DNA of 64,000 nt. Source: Paecilomyces variotii. Lineage: Eukaryota. The stretch is from assembly GCA_004022145.1 (NCBI GenBank), contig RCNU01000010.1, one strand, 5' to 3'. Under the pieces are notes generated by a model, which was not told the origin of the DNA, searched no databases, and saw only the letters and a list, made by a program, of their open reading frames with translations. Shown piece after piece: positions 1 to 12,318 of the stretch. The translations under genes were made by a program, and so were the position numbers. The first letter of the stretch is position 1. Each line of letters begins with the position of its first letter.

Positions 1-3000
1 CCGAGATCAATCAAGAGTTCCTCGAGGCTTTACCTGCTGAGATCCGAGAAGAATTACTGCAGCAGGAAGCGGCAGACCGTCGCCGCCGCGAACGCGAGAA
101 CGCCCGGAGACAAGCCGCAGCGTCGGGCGCCCCTGTCCACGCTGAAGAGATGGATGCCGCTAGTTTTATAGCAACACTGGACCCGTCGTTGCGACAAGCA
201 GTTCTTGCAGATCAACCCGATGATGTTCTAGCGTCATTGGGGCCCGAATTCCTCACAGAAGCTCGTGCTCTCACTGGTCGAAGACTGAACCAGTTCGGAG
301 ATAGTGCAAGAATTGACCGCCAAAGAGAGGAAGCAGTCCAAGACCAAGAAGCGAAGAAGCCTCAGCGGCGCCAAATCGTCCAAATGCTTGACAAAGCTGG
401 TGTCGCGACGCTTCTTCGTCTCATGTTTATGCCCCTCCAAGGAAATGCTCGTCACCAGCTTAACGACATCCTCCATAATGTCTGCGAAAACCGTCAAAAC
501 AGAATCGAGGTCATTAGTCTTCTGCTTTCGATTCTCCAAGACGGAAGCACAGATGTCAGCGCCGTGGAACGCAGTTTCGCCCAGTTGTCACTTCGTGCAA
601 AGACCCCCGCAGCGCAGAAGACACCTCAGCCTGTCAAGAGAACATTGTCCTTCCAGACCACGGCCAGTGCTAACAATGAGGTAACGCCGCTGATGGTGGT
701 GCAGCAATGTCTCGGCGCCCTTTCTTTCTTGACCCAGTTCAATGCACACATTGCATGGTTCTTTTTGACCGAGCACGAATCTGCTTCTGCGCTGAAGCTG
801 AAATCTTTCCGTAAGGGGAAGGGCAAGGAGAATCGTGCAAACAGATTTGCTTTGAATACTTTGCTCTCCTTGCTGGACCGCAAGCTGATAATGGAGAGTC
901 CGACGTGCATGGAGCAGCTTTCTGGTCTCTTGAGCAGCATCACTCAGCCACTCACACTCCTGCTCCGCCGCGAAAAGGAGAAACAAGAAGAAGCAAAGGG
1001 TAAGGAGCCAGAAGCTGCTGCCGGACAAGAGGAAGAGAAGCGCCCTTCGATCGAGGGCGGTGCCGCGGATACCACCATGACAGAAGCTGCTCCCCTGGAG
1101 GCAGCAAAGCCTGCCGAGGATGAAAAGCCAAAGAGACGGACAATTGAACCCCCCGTCGTACCAGAGACCAACCTCAACAAGGTCGTTCATATCCTTGCAG
1201 CACGTGAATGCAACGGAAAGACGTTCAGAGAAACCCTCTCAACCATAAACAATTTATCCGCCATCCCAGGCGCTAAAGACGTGATTGGCAAGGAGTTGAT
1301 CAGTCAGGCTCAGGCTCTCAGCATGACAATACAGTCTGATCTTGACGAACTTTTGCAGCATATCCATCAGGCTAACTCAGGTACTGAAATGCAAGGCTTG
1401 GCGCTTTCCAAGTTCTCGCCGCCGAGCTCGGATCAGACCAAACTGCTCCGTGTTCTCACTGCTTTGGACTACTTGTTCGATCCGAATAGAGTAGACAGGA
1501 CAAAGGGTGCCGAGCCTGAATCCGCGGCCAAAGAAGACATTCTGAAGACATTGTACGAAAGCTCAGCCTTCGGTCCTCTCTGGGCTAAGTTGAGTGACTG
1601 CTTGACTGTCATCCGCCAGAAGGAGAATATGCTGAACGTGGCGACTATACTCCTTCCTCTCATTGAATCTCTCATGGTTGTATGCAAGAATACCACCCTG
1701 AAGGATGCGCCCATCTCAAGATACGTCAGGGAGCATTCCGTGTCCAGCCCTCCGCCAGAGACTGGATCCGCCATGGAAAACTTGTTCTTCAGGTTCACGG
1801 AAGAACATCGTAAAATCCTGAATGAGCTTGTTCGTCAGAACCCTCGTCTCATGAGCGGCACATTCTCTCTGCTCGTCAAGAATCCGAAAGTCTTGGAGTT
1901 TGACAATAAACGCAATTACTTCACTCGCCGCATCCACTCTCGCGGCACGGAAACACGACACCCTCATCCTCCTCTTCAGCTTTCTGTTCGCAGAGATCAG
2001 GTGTTCCTTGACTCCTTCAAGTCTCTCTACTTCAAGACAGCAGATGAAATGAAATACGGAAAACTGAGCGTTCGCTTCCATGGAGAAGAGGGTGTCGATG
2101 CAGGAGGAGTGACGAGGGAATGGTTCCAAGTACTTGCTCGAGGAATGTTTAACCCTAACTATGCGCTGTTCATTCCTGTTGCCTCCGACCGAACAACTTT
2201 CCATCCTAACCGCCTCAGTGGTGTCAACTCAGAACATCTGATGTTCTTCAAGTTCATCGGACGGATTATTGGCAAGGCGTTGTATGAGGGCCGCGTCTTA
2301 GACTGTCACTTCAGCAGAGCTGTGTACAAACGAATTCTTGGGAAGTCTGTCTCTCTCAAAGACATGGAAACCCTCGACCTCGATTATTACAAATCTCTAG
2401 TCTGGATGCTCGAGAACGATATTACCGATATCATTACCGAGACTTTTGCCATCGAGACCGATGACTTCGGAGAGACGCAGATTATCGACCTGATCCCGAA
2501 TGGTCGCAACATTCCTGTTACGCAGGAGAATAAGGAGGAATACGTGCAGCGCGTAGTCGAATACCGCTTAATTGATTCCGTTAAGGAGCAGCTCGACAAC
2601 TTCCTGAAGGGCTTCCATGACATCATTCCAGCTGATCTGATTTCCATCTTCAACGAACAGGAGCTCGAGCTTTTGATTTCTGGCTTGCCTGAAATCGACG
2701 TGGACGATTGGAAGAACAACACGGAATACCATAACTATTCCGCCTCGTCCCCGCAGATCCAATGGTTCTGGCGTGCTGTGCGATCGTTCGACAAGGAAGA
2801 GCGCGCCAAACTGCTCCAGTTCGTTACCGGTACGAGCAAGGTTCCACTCAACGGCTTCAAGGAGCTCGAGGGTATGAACGGGTTCAGCAAGTTCAATATC
2901 CATCGTGACTACGGCAACAAGGATCGTCTTCCAAGCTCTCACACCTGCTTCAACCGTAAGTGTTTCTGTTTTCTACTCTATCTTGAGAATTCGCGCTAAC

Positions 3001-3106
3001 ATTACCACTAGAAATGGATCTGCCAGAGTACGAAAGTTACGAGGATCTTAGATCGCGGCTGTACACAGCTATGACAGCTGGTAGCGAATACTTTGGATTT
3101 GCATAG
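1..3106 (+). CDS. TOM1: HECT E3 ubiquitin ligase TOM1/HUWE1 ortholog, 3' part (5' end outside window)
   Basis: The ORF contains a full HECT domain (LSVRRDQVFLDSF...GEEGVDAGGVTREW...LLQFVTGTSKVP...LPSSHTCFN). GT-AG intron 2956-3011 joins a last exon QMDLPEYESYEDLRSRLYTAMTAGSEYFGFA* (TAG 3104-3106). Confidence 0.96.
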
Positions 3107-4402
3107 ACTGATCGATGCCTTTTTCGCTGGCTTTCACGACGGTTATGGCCATATTTGCGTTCTCATGCTCAAGCATCCGGCGGCGCTTGATTCTTTCCAC
3201 TTATTTGTACCATTCAAATTGTTAACTGGCATTTTCTTTTTCGAACTAAGGGGACTTGTAATCTACATTTGGGGAGGGTGATTCTGGGGGTGAAGGGCCA
3301 AAGGGATGGTGTGCTCGTAGGAGAAACTTGCAATCCGTACAGAATTCAGGCTGAAGTGCAGGTCAGTCGGTTTTCTAAGGTTGCAAAATTCCTTAAGGTC
3401 AGGGTTCACTGCTCATTCATGTATTTAAATTAGTTCATTTGCAAAAGTAGAAATTATTCTTATGGTTTCGGTTAACTAAACTGATGACTTCATTTGTAAT
3501 GGACATGTGCTGGTACTTCGTGGAGGGCTGTCTCTGGCCGATAGGTTGCCAAGGGCCCTTTTATACCAGTTCTCCATTAAATGCATCAAATGCCTAACTC
3601 CTGAAGATCCTGTTTGCCCGATCCGCTCCCGAGCCTTTATCCAGGCTCTGTTGTCCTGCTTCGAGAACTGAGATATTTTCATCTTCAGGATGAGAGGACT
3701 TACGAGTCGACGAACAAAAAGAATAAGTTATGGGAAAGAAGTAAATACCAACAAACAAACCAACGGATACCAATTTAACGTTACGTAGCGAAAGGTGCAT
3801 AATACCTAGCCAGGCATTGTTGTTGGAACATGGTATGTGATTGATATTATCCACATAGCGATGTATCCAAACATGCAGCACCTTTGCTAGGTAAGAGGTT
3901 AACCAAGCTGTTGTGATTGCTTTCAAGATCAAGGCTTATCCGAAAGGGCGTGGGCGTGGGCGCGAGCATGAGCGTGTTTTTGTCGCCTAGTTTTAGTAGT
4001 GCTCGTATGGATCGAGGCGAGGTCTGCTTCAGATTAAAGGGAGAGAGAGAGAGGGAAGAGAAACTAGGTATCGTCCTTTTTTTTTGTGTGCGAAGTAAAA
4101 AATGGATGAATTGATTTGGAGTACAAAGAGCTTTCTTTCATTTCGCAAAACATATCAGCCCGCAGTGACGTTGCCGTGCCGTTGCCTTTGGAAAAAAGAA
4201 GAAATGCCATTTCCCCATCCCTTTGAAAAATTTTTTGCACTCCGGATTTTTCCGCCAGCAGACGTCGAAAGAAACCAATGCGGCTTTGTTCCTCGTTCCG
4301 TCTACATTGGGTCCCAGCTCCTTTCCTCCCGCCTGTCGTTAAAGCCCCTAGCCGTGGCCAGGGAGCCAATACAACCCGACCATTACTCCCCCGGAAGAAC
4401 GT

Positions 4403-5548
4403 CTATTTCTTCATGGAAGAAGCTCTCCGCTTGCGGAGCTCGGTCTTCTTGGCCTTCTCCTCGTGGACACGGGAAGCCAGGAGCTTGGCGTATTCGTTAC
4501 TATTGTCGTTGATGGTTAGTTCGATGCATAGACAACCACAGTGTATTTGGGGTTAGCTTACGCAGCCTCGCGGCCAGCCTCAGCGCGACGGCGCTTGAGG
4601 GCGATTCTGTGACGCTTGCGCTGGAGACGCTGAGGAGTAACAAGGCGCTGGATCTTGGGGGCCTTGGTGTAGTCCTTCTTGCCCTCACGGGTGACAGTGC
4701 GGCGGATGACGAACTTGCGGACATCGTCCTTCTTGTCGAGACCGAAGAAGCGGCGGATCTTGGTGGCACGCTTGGGACCGAGTCTCTTGGGGACGACGGT
4801 GTCGGTGAGACCGGGGAGGTCGTTCTCACCCTGCTTGATGATGCTCAGAGCGAGGACGGAGAGATCCTGACCAGTGATGGCTGTAGAGCAAATTCAACGT
4901 CAGCCTCCATCGCTCCGCACGTTGATTCGGGAATCAATCGAACATACCACCACGGATACTCTTGCGCTTGCGCTCACCAGTCCGGCGGGGGCGGTAGCAG
5001 CTAACAAAATCAATCAGTACCGATATCTTCCATTTCATACGTTCGTTTCTATCCTCGGGAGTCTGTACCTGTGGCCGTCGCTAAGGAGCAGACGGGTACG
5101 GGTGGGAAGGAGAACTGTTCGAATCGCTCAGTTTGCAGAACCGTGAATTTGCGTGTCGTTTGAACCTACCACCCTGCTTCATAGGGAAACCTGTTAATCG
5201 CTCGAGTCAGCCTATATGTCCAACCATAACTCCATCAAATATATGCTCCAATGCTCGCGTGTCCAGTCGTACCTTGCTTGTCGTTTCCACCGGTGATCTT
5301 GAACAGGTAGCCCTTGAATTCATCACCGAGAGAGTCACCGGAAACCTAGAGATTTCGAAAGAGTTCGTATCAGTTTTTGCTGTTCGACACATCGGAACGC
5401 CCCGACAGGCAAGATGTCCGGGGGGAGTAGGGATATAGCTGACTTCGGTGCCCATGCGCTTCTCCATGAAGGGACGGAGCTTGCGCTCATCGTCCACCTC
5501 GATGATCTTCTGCGACCCATTGGCCGGGTAGGAGATGTTGAGCTTCAT
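4403..5548 (-). CDS. RPS6: 40S ribosomal protein S6 (eS6), 7 exons
   Basis: Starts [36 protein letters not shown] and ends ...[15 protein letters not shown]. Six GT-AG introns traced by hand, including a 21-nt exon at 5170-5190. Confidence 0.97.
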
Positions 5549-7280
5549 CTTGACGGAGTTGCGCGGTCAAGACGGAGGCGCGGGTTTGTCGACAGATCGA
5601 GGGTTGTTGAGGTCGTCTCGGGGATCGTTCTTCGTGGGATTTTTCGGTGTTGGTGTAGCGAGATTTCCATGTGTGGGCGGCTGACTCAGCTGCGCTAACC
5701 GCTTGTGAGCGCCTTCCTGTCTTGGCGGATAGGGCTTGATTATGTCAGCTGTTCTTCCCCAGCTTCAACAGTAACTGCAGATCTTCTCCCAAAGGCACAC
5801 TACACAACCATGTTCATTTCAGTCATCATAAGAGCACAATCCATCCATTTCATCTGATATATTTGCCGTGGTTCAGTCGATTCATCGTATAAATACATGC
5901 ACAGCATTCGAGGAGGAGCTCTCCCGACTATTGTACTTGACGATCCTCGACCATCAGATTATCCCACTCACTCTAGAGGCAATTCACGTCGATACAAGGC
6001 GCCCGTGTCATTCTACACAGTACCATTTAACAAACATGGTTCCTTACTATACAGCTTCAAAATATGAATAGAGAAACGAACGCATGATGTTGGAGCGTTC
6101 GTGATGCAACTTACGGATCTGGGGACTGTCAGTCCGTCTCGCCTCCTGGATCTGAAACAAGAGAGCTTCAAATGCCTGTAACTAACAGCAACTACGAAGA
6201 ATTCGTAGTAAGCCAGCACATCTTCTCTGGTTTCTTTGCTTTTTAGCTGACGTCTAAACTGAAGATAAAGAGGGCCGCAAAAGCCTATCAACAGCGTGCC
6301 CCAGTCACGATCATCTCGTGGAATTCCTTAGCACGCGACTCTGCTGCTAAGCCTCAGGAGGGTACATTGTCCTGGATAGGTTACAGGTTCAACGTAATAA
6401 TGTATCCTTTGAGGCTACACCGGTACTCCCTACAGGGCAGCCAATTTATGCTCCAGAGCCCGGGCAATAATTCCAGGCCAGCAACGTTATTTATACCCCG
6501 CAATTTTCTAAAGCGATTACCCTGCGAGTTTGGAAACAGAGTAGTAGACCTCTGTGAATGGCCATGGGCGCCAGGGAACCCAGAATTGCTCCCATAAAAT
6601 TTGAACAGAACGCAAGAATGAGACGGCGTTGACGCCTTAAGAATTCGCCTCAAATAGACTGGCCTATGTATAGTCTAGTCTTTACTTCTGGTAAGTTACG
6701 CCTTGGTGTGGTCTCCACAACAAGCTTTTTTTTTAAGATCGCGGGCGCGTCTTCTAACTATCTAACCTTCTTAGCATTATATTGGCCGAGCGTTCCGGCT
6801 TGAGGATGCATTGGCCCCCTAGCCCCCTACTAGACATGCGACAGCGAACCAGCGCCGCGTGGCCGGAGCGCTTCAAATAGTAGTTTCTTACGAGCAGTTG
6901 ACGCCTGTTACAATAATTATGCGGACATTCTCTCTTCTTTTCTACTCATCGCGAAGTTGAAGCATTTCTTCATCTATCGCTCGTTCCCTTTTCTGGTCTT
7001 CGCTGCGGAATTCTGCTAATTACCACTTCCAAGATTTTGCGACAGTCTTTCCGGGTCTGCCGTCTGCTCAGCACGCGACTTGTCTGCAGATATTACCCGA
7101 CTCATAGTAGCGACCTGAAAGAAGATATCTGCTAGTGTCTGTTGATACTGACGCGAAATTACCATATTATTGATCGTCACGGCCCGCTTCATTGTGCAGA
7201 CACCATCTGCCGTATGCGATCGACCCCGCGATCTTGATCGGCCCCTATTCTTACCTGAACAGGTTCATTGCGTTTTCGCG

Positions 7281-8508
7281 ATGCGATCTCTCAGCAAATT
7301 CCACGTTCTCAGCGCCCTGGCAGCTTGCAGTATATTGTACTCAGCCTGGGTGCTGACATCCCGTCGGTACCAGCTGATCGCGCCTGTGGGTTCTGGTCGC
7401 AACTTTCAGGTCGCCAGCGACTTCGACAAACGGCTGGTCGTGTTTGGCGATTCATGGAGCGATGACAAGGTGAAAGGCGCACGTGTGCGGGTATGGACAG
7501 ATTGGCTTTGCTCAATGGTAAGGGTTTGCTGCCGAGAGAGAGACATCTTACGGAACTGCAACTGACTCAAGATGCTTGTAGTTCGACTGCCACCAGGAGA
7601 ATCTGGCGCAAACAGCCGAATCATCTCAACAAAAGTACGGGGGCTCTGTTGTGGACAATACAGAACTGGAAGATCTGAGCTCGGGGTTGGGTTGGTATAA
7701 AGCACCACTGGCGGACCTGGGGTCTCAGATGCAGCAGTGGCTCGAAGCGGAACAAACGGTTATGCAGGGTATGCCCGCAGAGGCAGTACAAACTCGCCAG
7801 AACAATACGATCATCTCGGTTGGCTTTGGGGTCTGGGATCTCTGGAACCTAATAGGAAAGGAATATGATGACGCGAAGGCATCGGTTGCACACAGCATCA
7901 CCACCATCTTCGAACGCCTCAACGACCTGTCCGAGAGATGGGGAACAAAGGATATGAGAGTGATTCTGACCATGGCTCCTGATGTGACCTTTTTCCCAGC
8001 GTTTCGCCCCACGCCTGAGAAGCAGAAAGATACTGTGAAATTAGTGGAATACTGGAACAATATTCTGCGACACACAGCAGAGGAGTGGGATCGCGGGACG
8101 ATCTATCTATTTGACACAAATGAGTTCATGCTGGATCAGCTCCGTGACTGGCAGCTTTTCGCTGCTGGTATGGAGGATGCGCATGGCCTGGGTAAGAACG
8201 AAGACCCCGGTTGGGAAGATGTGACACGACCCTGTGTGCAGAATAATTCCACCCTGCTGTTCTGGACAGAGACAGCATGCGAACACCCAGAGAAATATCT
8301 ATTTTGGTAAGCCTTTTTGTCCGGTGACAAAGAAGCCTGAAACTAATCGTCGTACAGGGACGATATGCATCTGGGTCCTTCCGCCCATAGAATGATGGGA
8401 GAGGAAATCTTCCACGGCATAGAGATGCTTTGGTTAAATCAGACGCTTTGGTTGAACCAGACCGAATCGACGTCTGCAGGAAGTGGTTCCCGCGATGCAG
8501 CAGCTTAA
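7281..8508 (+). CDS. SGNH/GDSL-type hydrolase-like protein with N-terminal hydrophobic anchor
   Basis: LVVFGDSWSD (block I), FGVWDL (block III-like) and FWDDMHL (DxxH, block V). Introns 7518-7581 and 8307-8357 restore a continuous frame. Confidence 0.8.
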
Positions 8509-9428
8509 ATCGTGGAGCCCGATATGAACGTCATCTATCAAATCTCCGGTCATCGATAGCTCACGGCCCTCCTGTCACCGCGACAGGATTAGCTCATAGA
8601 GCTGGCCCTATTTCATCGGTGCCTCGATGGCGGGTCTCTTCGCTGAGGCCCTGGTTCCGGGAGAGACTATTGTGGGAGAGATCCGATATATGAAACCCTG
8701 TCCTCATGAGCCACAGGTCGGGAACCACAGGCTTAGCAGTCATGATGCGCCCGTCTTCGTCCAGCCTACCGAGGGCCAGCAGTAGACTATCGATCGGAAT
8801 GAGATCGTGGGGAATTTGAGTTCGCCCGTCAGTCTGCACATCATCGATCTGTCCGCATCAATGCTCCCCACACTCCGATTAGGTTCCTCTGGGTTCCTCT
8901 CCGAGCCAGGACGTCGACTTGTAAGAATCACAGTGGCTGATGGTCGTTTGTCTGTCTCATTCCTGAGCGGGGCCGTTGATTGGATGTTCCGCGTCAAAGA
9001 GCGGCGGAATCCTCTGCGGCGCGCCGCATTCGGAGAGGCGCCAGACAAAGGAACCCAAAACAATTGTTCGCCTCTCCATGAAGGAACTACGGCCATATCC
9101 CGCCCATAGCCCCACGGCTTTACACGGATTGTTTGCAATGAGCGCTGGTGACGAGGGGAGACAAAGAAATATCCGCTGGTTCCTAAATCTGGAAGAATCA
9201 CAGGGTCTTTATAACAAAGGGCTTGAGCCACATCCCTCTCCCATGCTACATTTCGACTCAGCCCAAATTTTTTTTTTTTTGTACTTAGAAAGTCATAATT
9301 TGCGAATGGCAGGTCTATCATGATAAATCCTTTGGCAGCCGTCCTCTTCAATTCATTCCTTTCTCCTTTGCTCTTTTGTTCGCTTACTATAAATGTTCCT
9401 CTCATCGCCGGGGCCTCCCACTCGACTA

Positions 9429-11575
9429 ATGTCTTACGACCGAGTGCTTCCCAAACCCATGGCTCTCTACTATGACCCCGCTAGAAACACCCTGCCCAGG
9501 CCGTCGACAAGCCTGTTGGAGCACAAGATTATGAATGATTCGTTCTCCAAGGTCACGCTGCCTCAGAGGGATGCTTCTATCTTGCGTTCCAGCGGGCAGA
9601 ACGCCGAGCCCGTAGCGGCACCCGCTCCGCTATCACAGGCTCATCTCGCATCTATCAATCACGACAAGGTAGCCATTAATTCGATTTCGTCGAGGACTCC
9701 CTTGACGAGAGAGCGGCTGTCTCCAGTATTGACAGTAGATCTCCCCAAGAGTACCCGCTCCTCTTCTGCCAGTCCTCCCAAGTCGAGTTCCTCGAGAGAG
9801 ACGACGCAGTTCTGCCTCTGCCAACCTGACCCGAAGATCCCACGGCCTCGAAATGGTGAGTTACTATTGTGGGCATTTGGAGCTTTCCGTCCCAAGTCCC
9901 CGAATCCATGCTTCTTGGTTTGAAGGGTATCTATCTCAATGATGTTCTGATGTCATACTAACGCTTATCTGAAAACCACAGCTTTCATACTTTATCGACA
10001 GCATTACCAGGCATCCGTAGTGGCACAGAATCCGGGACTGGCAAATCCTGAAATATCGAAGATCATCGGGGAGCAATGGCGGGCGCTTCCAGAGGAGGCG
10101 AAGAAGGAATGGAAGGCTCTTGCAGAGGTAAGCACGGCATATTCATCCTATCGTTTTCACTGAACGGGCTTGCTAATCTTTTGGGACAGGAAGAGAAAGC
10201 TCGACATCAACAACAATATCCGGATTACCGTTACCAGCCCCGTCGATATGGACGTGACGGTAGTTCCCGAGGTACGAAGAGTTCGGGGATCAGTCACAAT
10301 CCTCCGGGAGCCACCAGCTGCAGTCGGTGTGGAGGCCGGATCATGCATCCCCCTTCGACTCCGGATACCCCTTTTACTCCAAGTGGGCAGATGGTCGATG
10401 CTCGTAGAGAAGAATCACTTCCCACCACGGCTCCGAGCTTGCCTTCTCGCGGCAGAGAGACGGTCCGACCATCAAGTGTCCCGGATCAGAGGGCTTCTCG
10501 GCCATACGAGGGAGACGAAGGATCCTGGTCTCCCGATCCTAAGCGTCGTCGGTTCAATGTGCATGGAATATATCCGAGTGGTGATGGGAATAGTAGTCCT
10601 GATATGGCATACCCGCCATCTCCGCAAAGGACATACGCCCGTTCCGATCCGACGCACAACCGGATGCATTACCAGATGCTGCCACCCCCTAAGCCATACC
10701 AGTACCGTGATCCTAGTCTTAAGCTCCCTCCACTGAAGACGGCCACTTCTCCCAAACTTGATCGGCAGGACTTGAAGGCGACTGTGATGACCATCCCCTC
10801 TGTCAACAAAGTCAAGGTCCTTGCCAAGATATCGCCTCCTTACGATAATGGTCCCAAAGCTGCAGACTCCCCAGCTAGAGGCTCGGTGATCGCAGTCGAC
10901 GGACAGGACCCCGCCCTGGTCAGAGACATGGTGAGATACCTTGGCAGCCTCCTGACAAAGGAAGGCAAATATGCGGTCCGTGTCTTTGAAGGGCCAGATA
11001 TCAGACCTCGTCAACCCTCTTCTCAGGCCGGCGACATGGGTGATGCGACAGTTGATTATCTGAATACGATCTCTGCCTGGCATCGTATTTCGGATGAGAT
11101 GGTCAACTTTATCACCTCGCGATCCAAGCCAAGAGCTGATCGCTCACCCCAAGAACCTGGGTCTGCTGTCTCCATTACTTCTCGGACAGCCAAGCTGGAC
11201 GTCAATTCCCCGACGTCTTCAGCCCCCGCGTCTCCCCAAAGCCCCATCCCCATCGCCATTGTTCCTCGATATCAACTCACCACGGCAGATGCATTTGCGT
11301 GTGCCATTCCTATCAATGACTCCTATGCACCTCTGGATCACTGGCAGTGGATGGCTTCTCTTTGGCGCGCTTGTATCGGACCGGATATCACTGTGCATAT
11401 CCAGGAGTGCGAGAAAGAGGAACTGGACCGATATGGAGGCGGCACCCCTGTAGAGGTGCGGCTTTCCGACGCACGGATGCTGATCGTGAGGAAAGGGATG
11501 GATTTCCCCAAGGACATCGACGAGAAGGCCCTGCGAAGGGTTGGGTTCGAGGTCGAGGATTTCCTAACCAGGTAA
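9429..11575 (+). CDS. MATA/Rox1-like HMG-box transcription factor with a large C-terminal domain
   Basis: Spliced HMG box KIPRPRNAFILYRQH...NPEISKIIGEQWRAL...EEKARHQQQYPDYRYQPRR. Introns 9856-9981 and 10128-10189. An alternative in-frame ATG lies at 9393. Confidence 0.9.
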
Positions 11576-12318
11576 GCTGACTTCGCTATTTGCATATGAT
11601 GAAGTTGCATCAAGTGGTTATTGTTCATTGCATCCATTGGTTATTTTTATCTTGCATCTCCGGGGAAAGCATCTGTTGTGGCGCGGGGTGGTCATTTGCT
11701 TTTGTTCATCTGGCATCATCATAGCATCGTATCATTATTTCCTTGCATTGGTTGGGTCCCTGTATGTTCTATGGAGACTGGCTCCATTCGTTCTGTGCCT
11801 GTGTGTAGGTACACGGTGTGGAACTATGCATTTTGTATTCAACATATCATAAGAAAATTGAAATACTCATCAAGAATGGACAAGTTCCACGTAGACGATT
11901 AAGTGTCGCGGCTAAGTAACTTCGGCTGGCGGCCGCTTTCCAATATAACCTATTTGGGTAAGGCGCTCTGTTGCCTTGGGTCGGATTTGGATAGGCGGTG
12001 AGAATAACACCCAATGGGAAGATGCAAATCTCGGAGATAACAAATTCTGCCACCGCCTCAAATCTCGACTCGGACCGAATTAGAGGCTGATTGTCTCGAC
12101 CGTGAAGCTGAGCATTCAATGGTGATAGCATTATAATGAAGTTGGAGAGTGAATCTCCAATCTTGCCGGTCTCTCAAGCCCTGGGCCTGGGGGACCCAGC
12201 CTTGCATGTAAGTGATAAACGAGCGTTGCTGAACTCCCGTCCGACGATAGTTGCTGATCTCCTTTTCTGTGCCTAGTCTGAGGAATCGAGTCACCTTGTC
12301 AAAATAGAATCCGGATTA

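Noticed and set aside
3476-3932. Minus-strand peptides EDENISVLEAG and KRALGNLSA faintly resembling GMC oxidoreductase motifs
   Set aside because: No GxGxxG motif, the pieces are in different frames, and the similarity is too short to support a call.
5760-6660. Short ORFs between RPS6 and the SGNH gene
   Set aside because: No recognisable motifs or consistent exon structure; may be a decayed gene but cannot be supported.
11569-11582. HMG gene stop codon overlaps a donor-like AG|GTAAGC
   Set aside because: The protein ends plausibly here and no convincing downstream coding exon was found.
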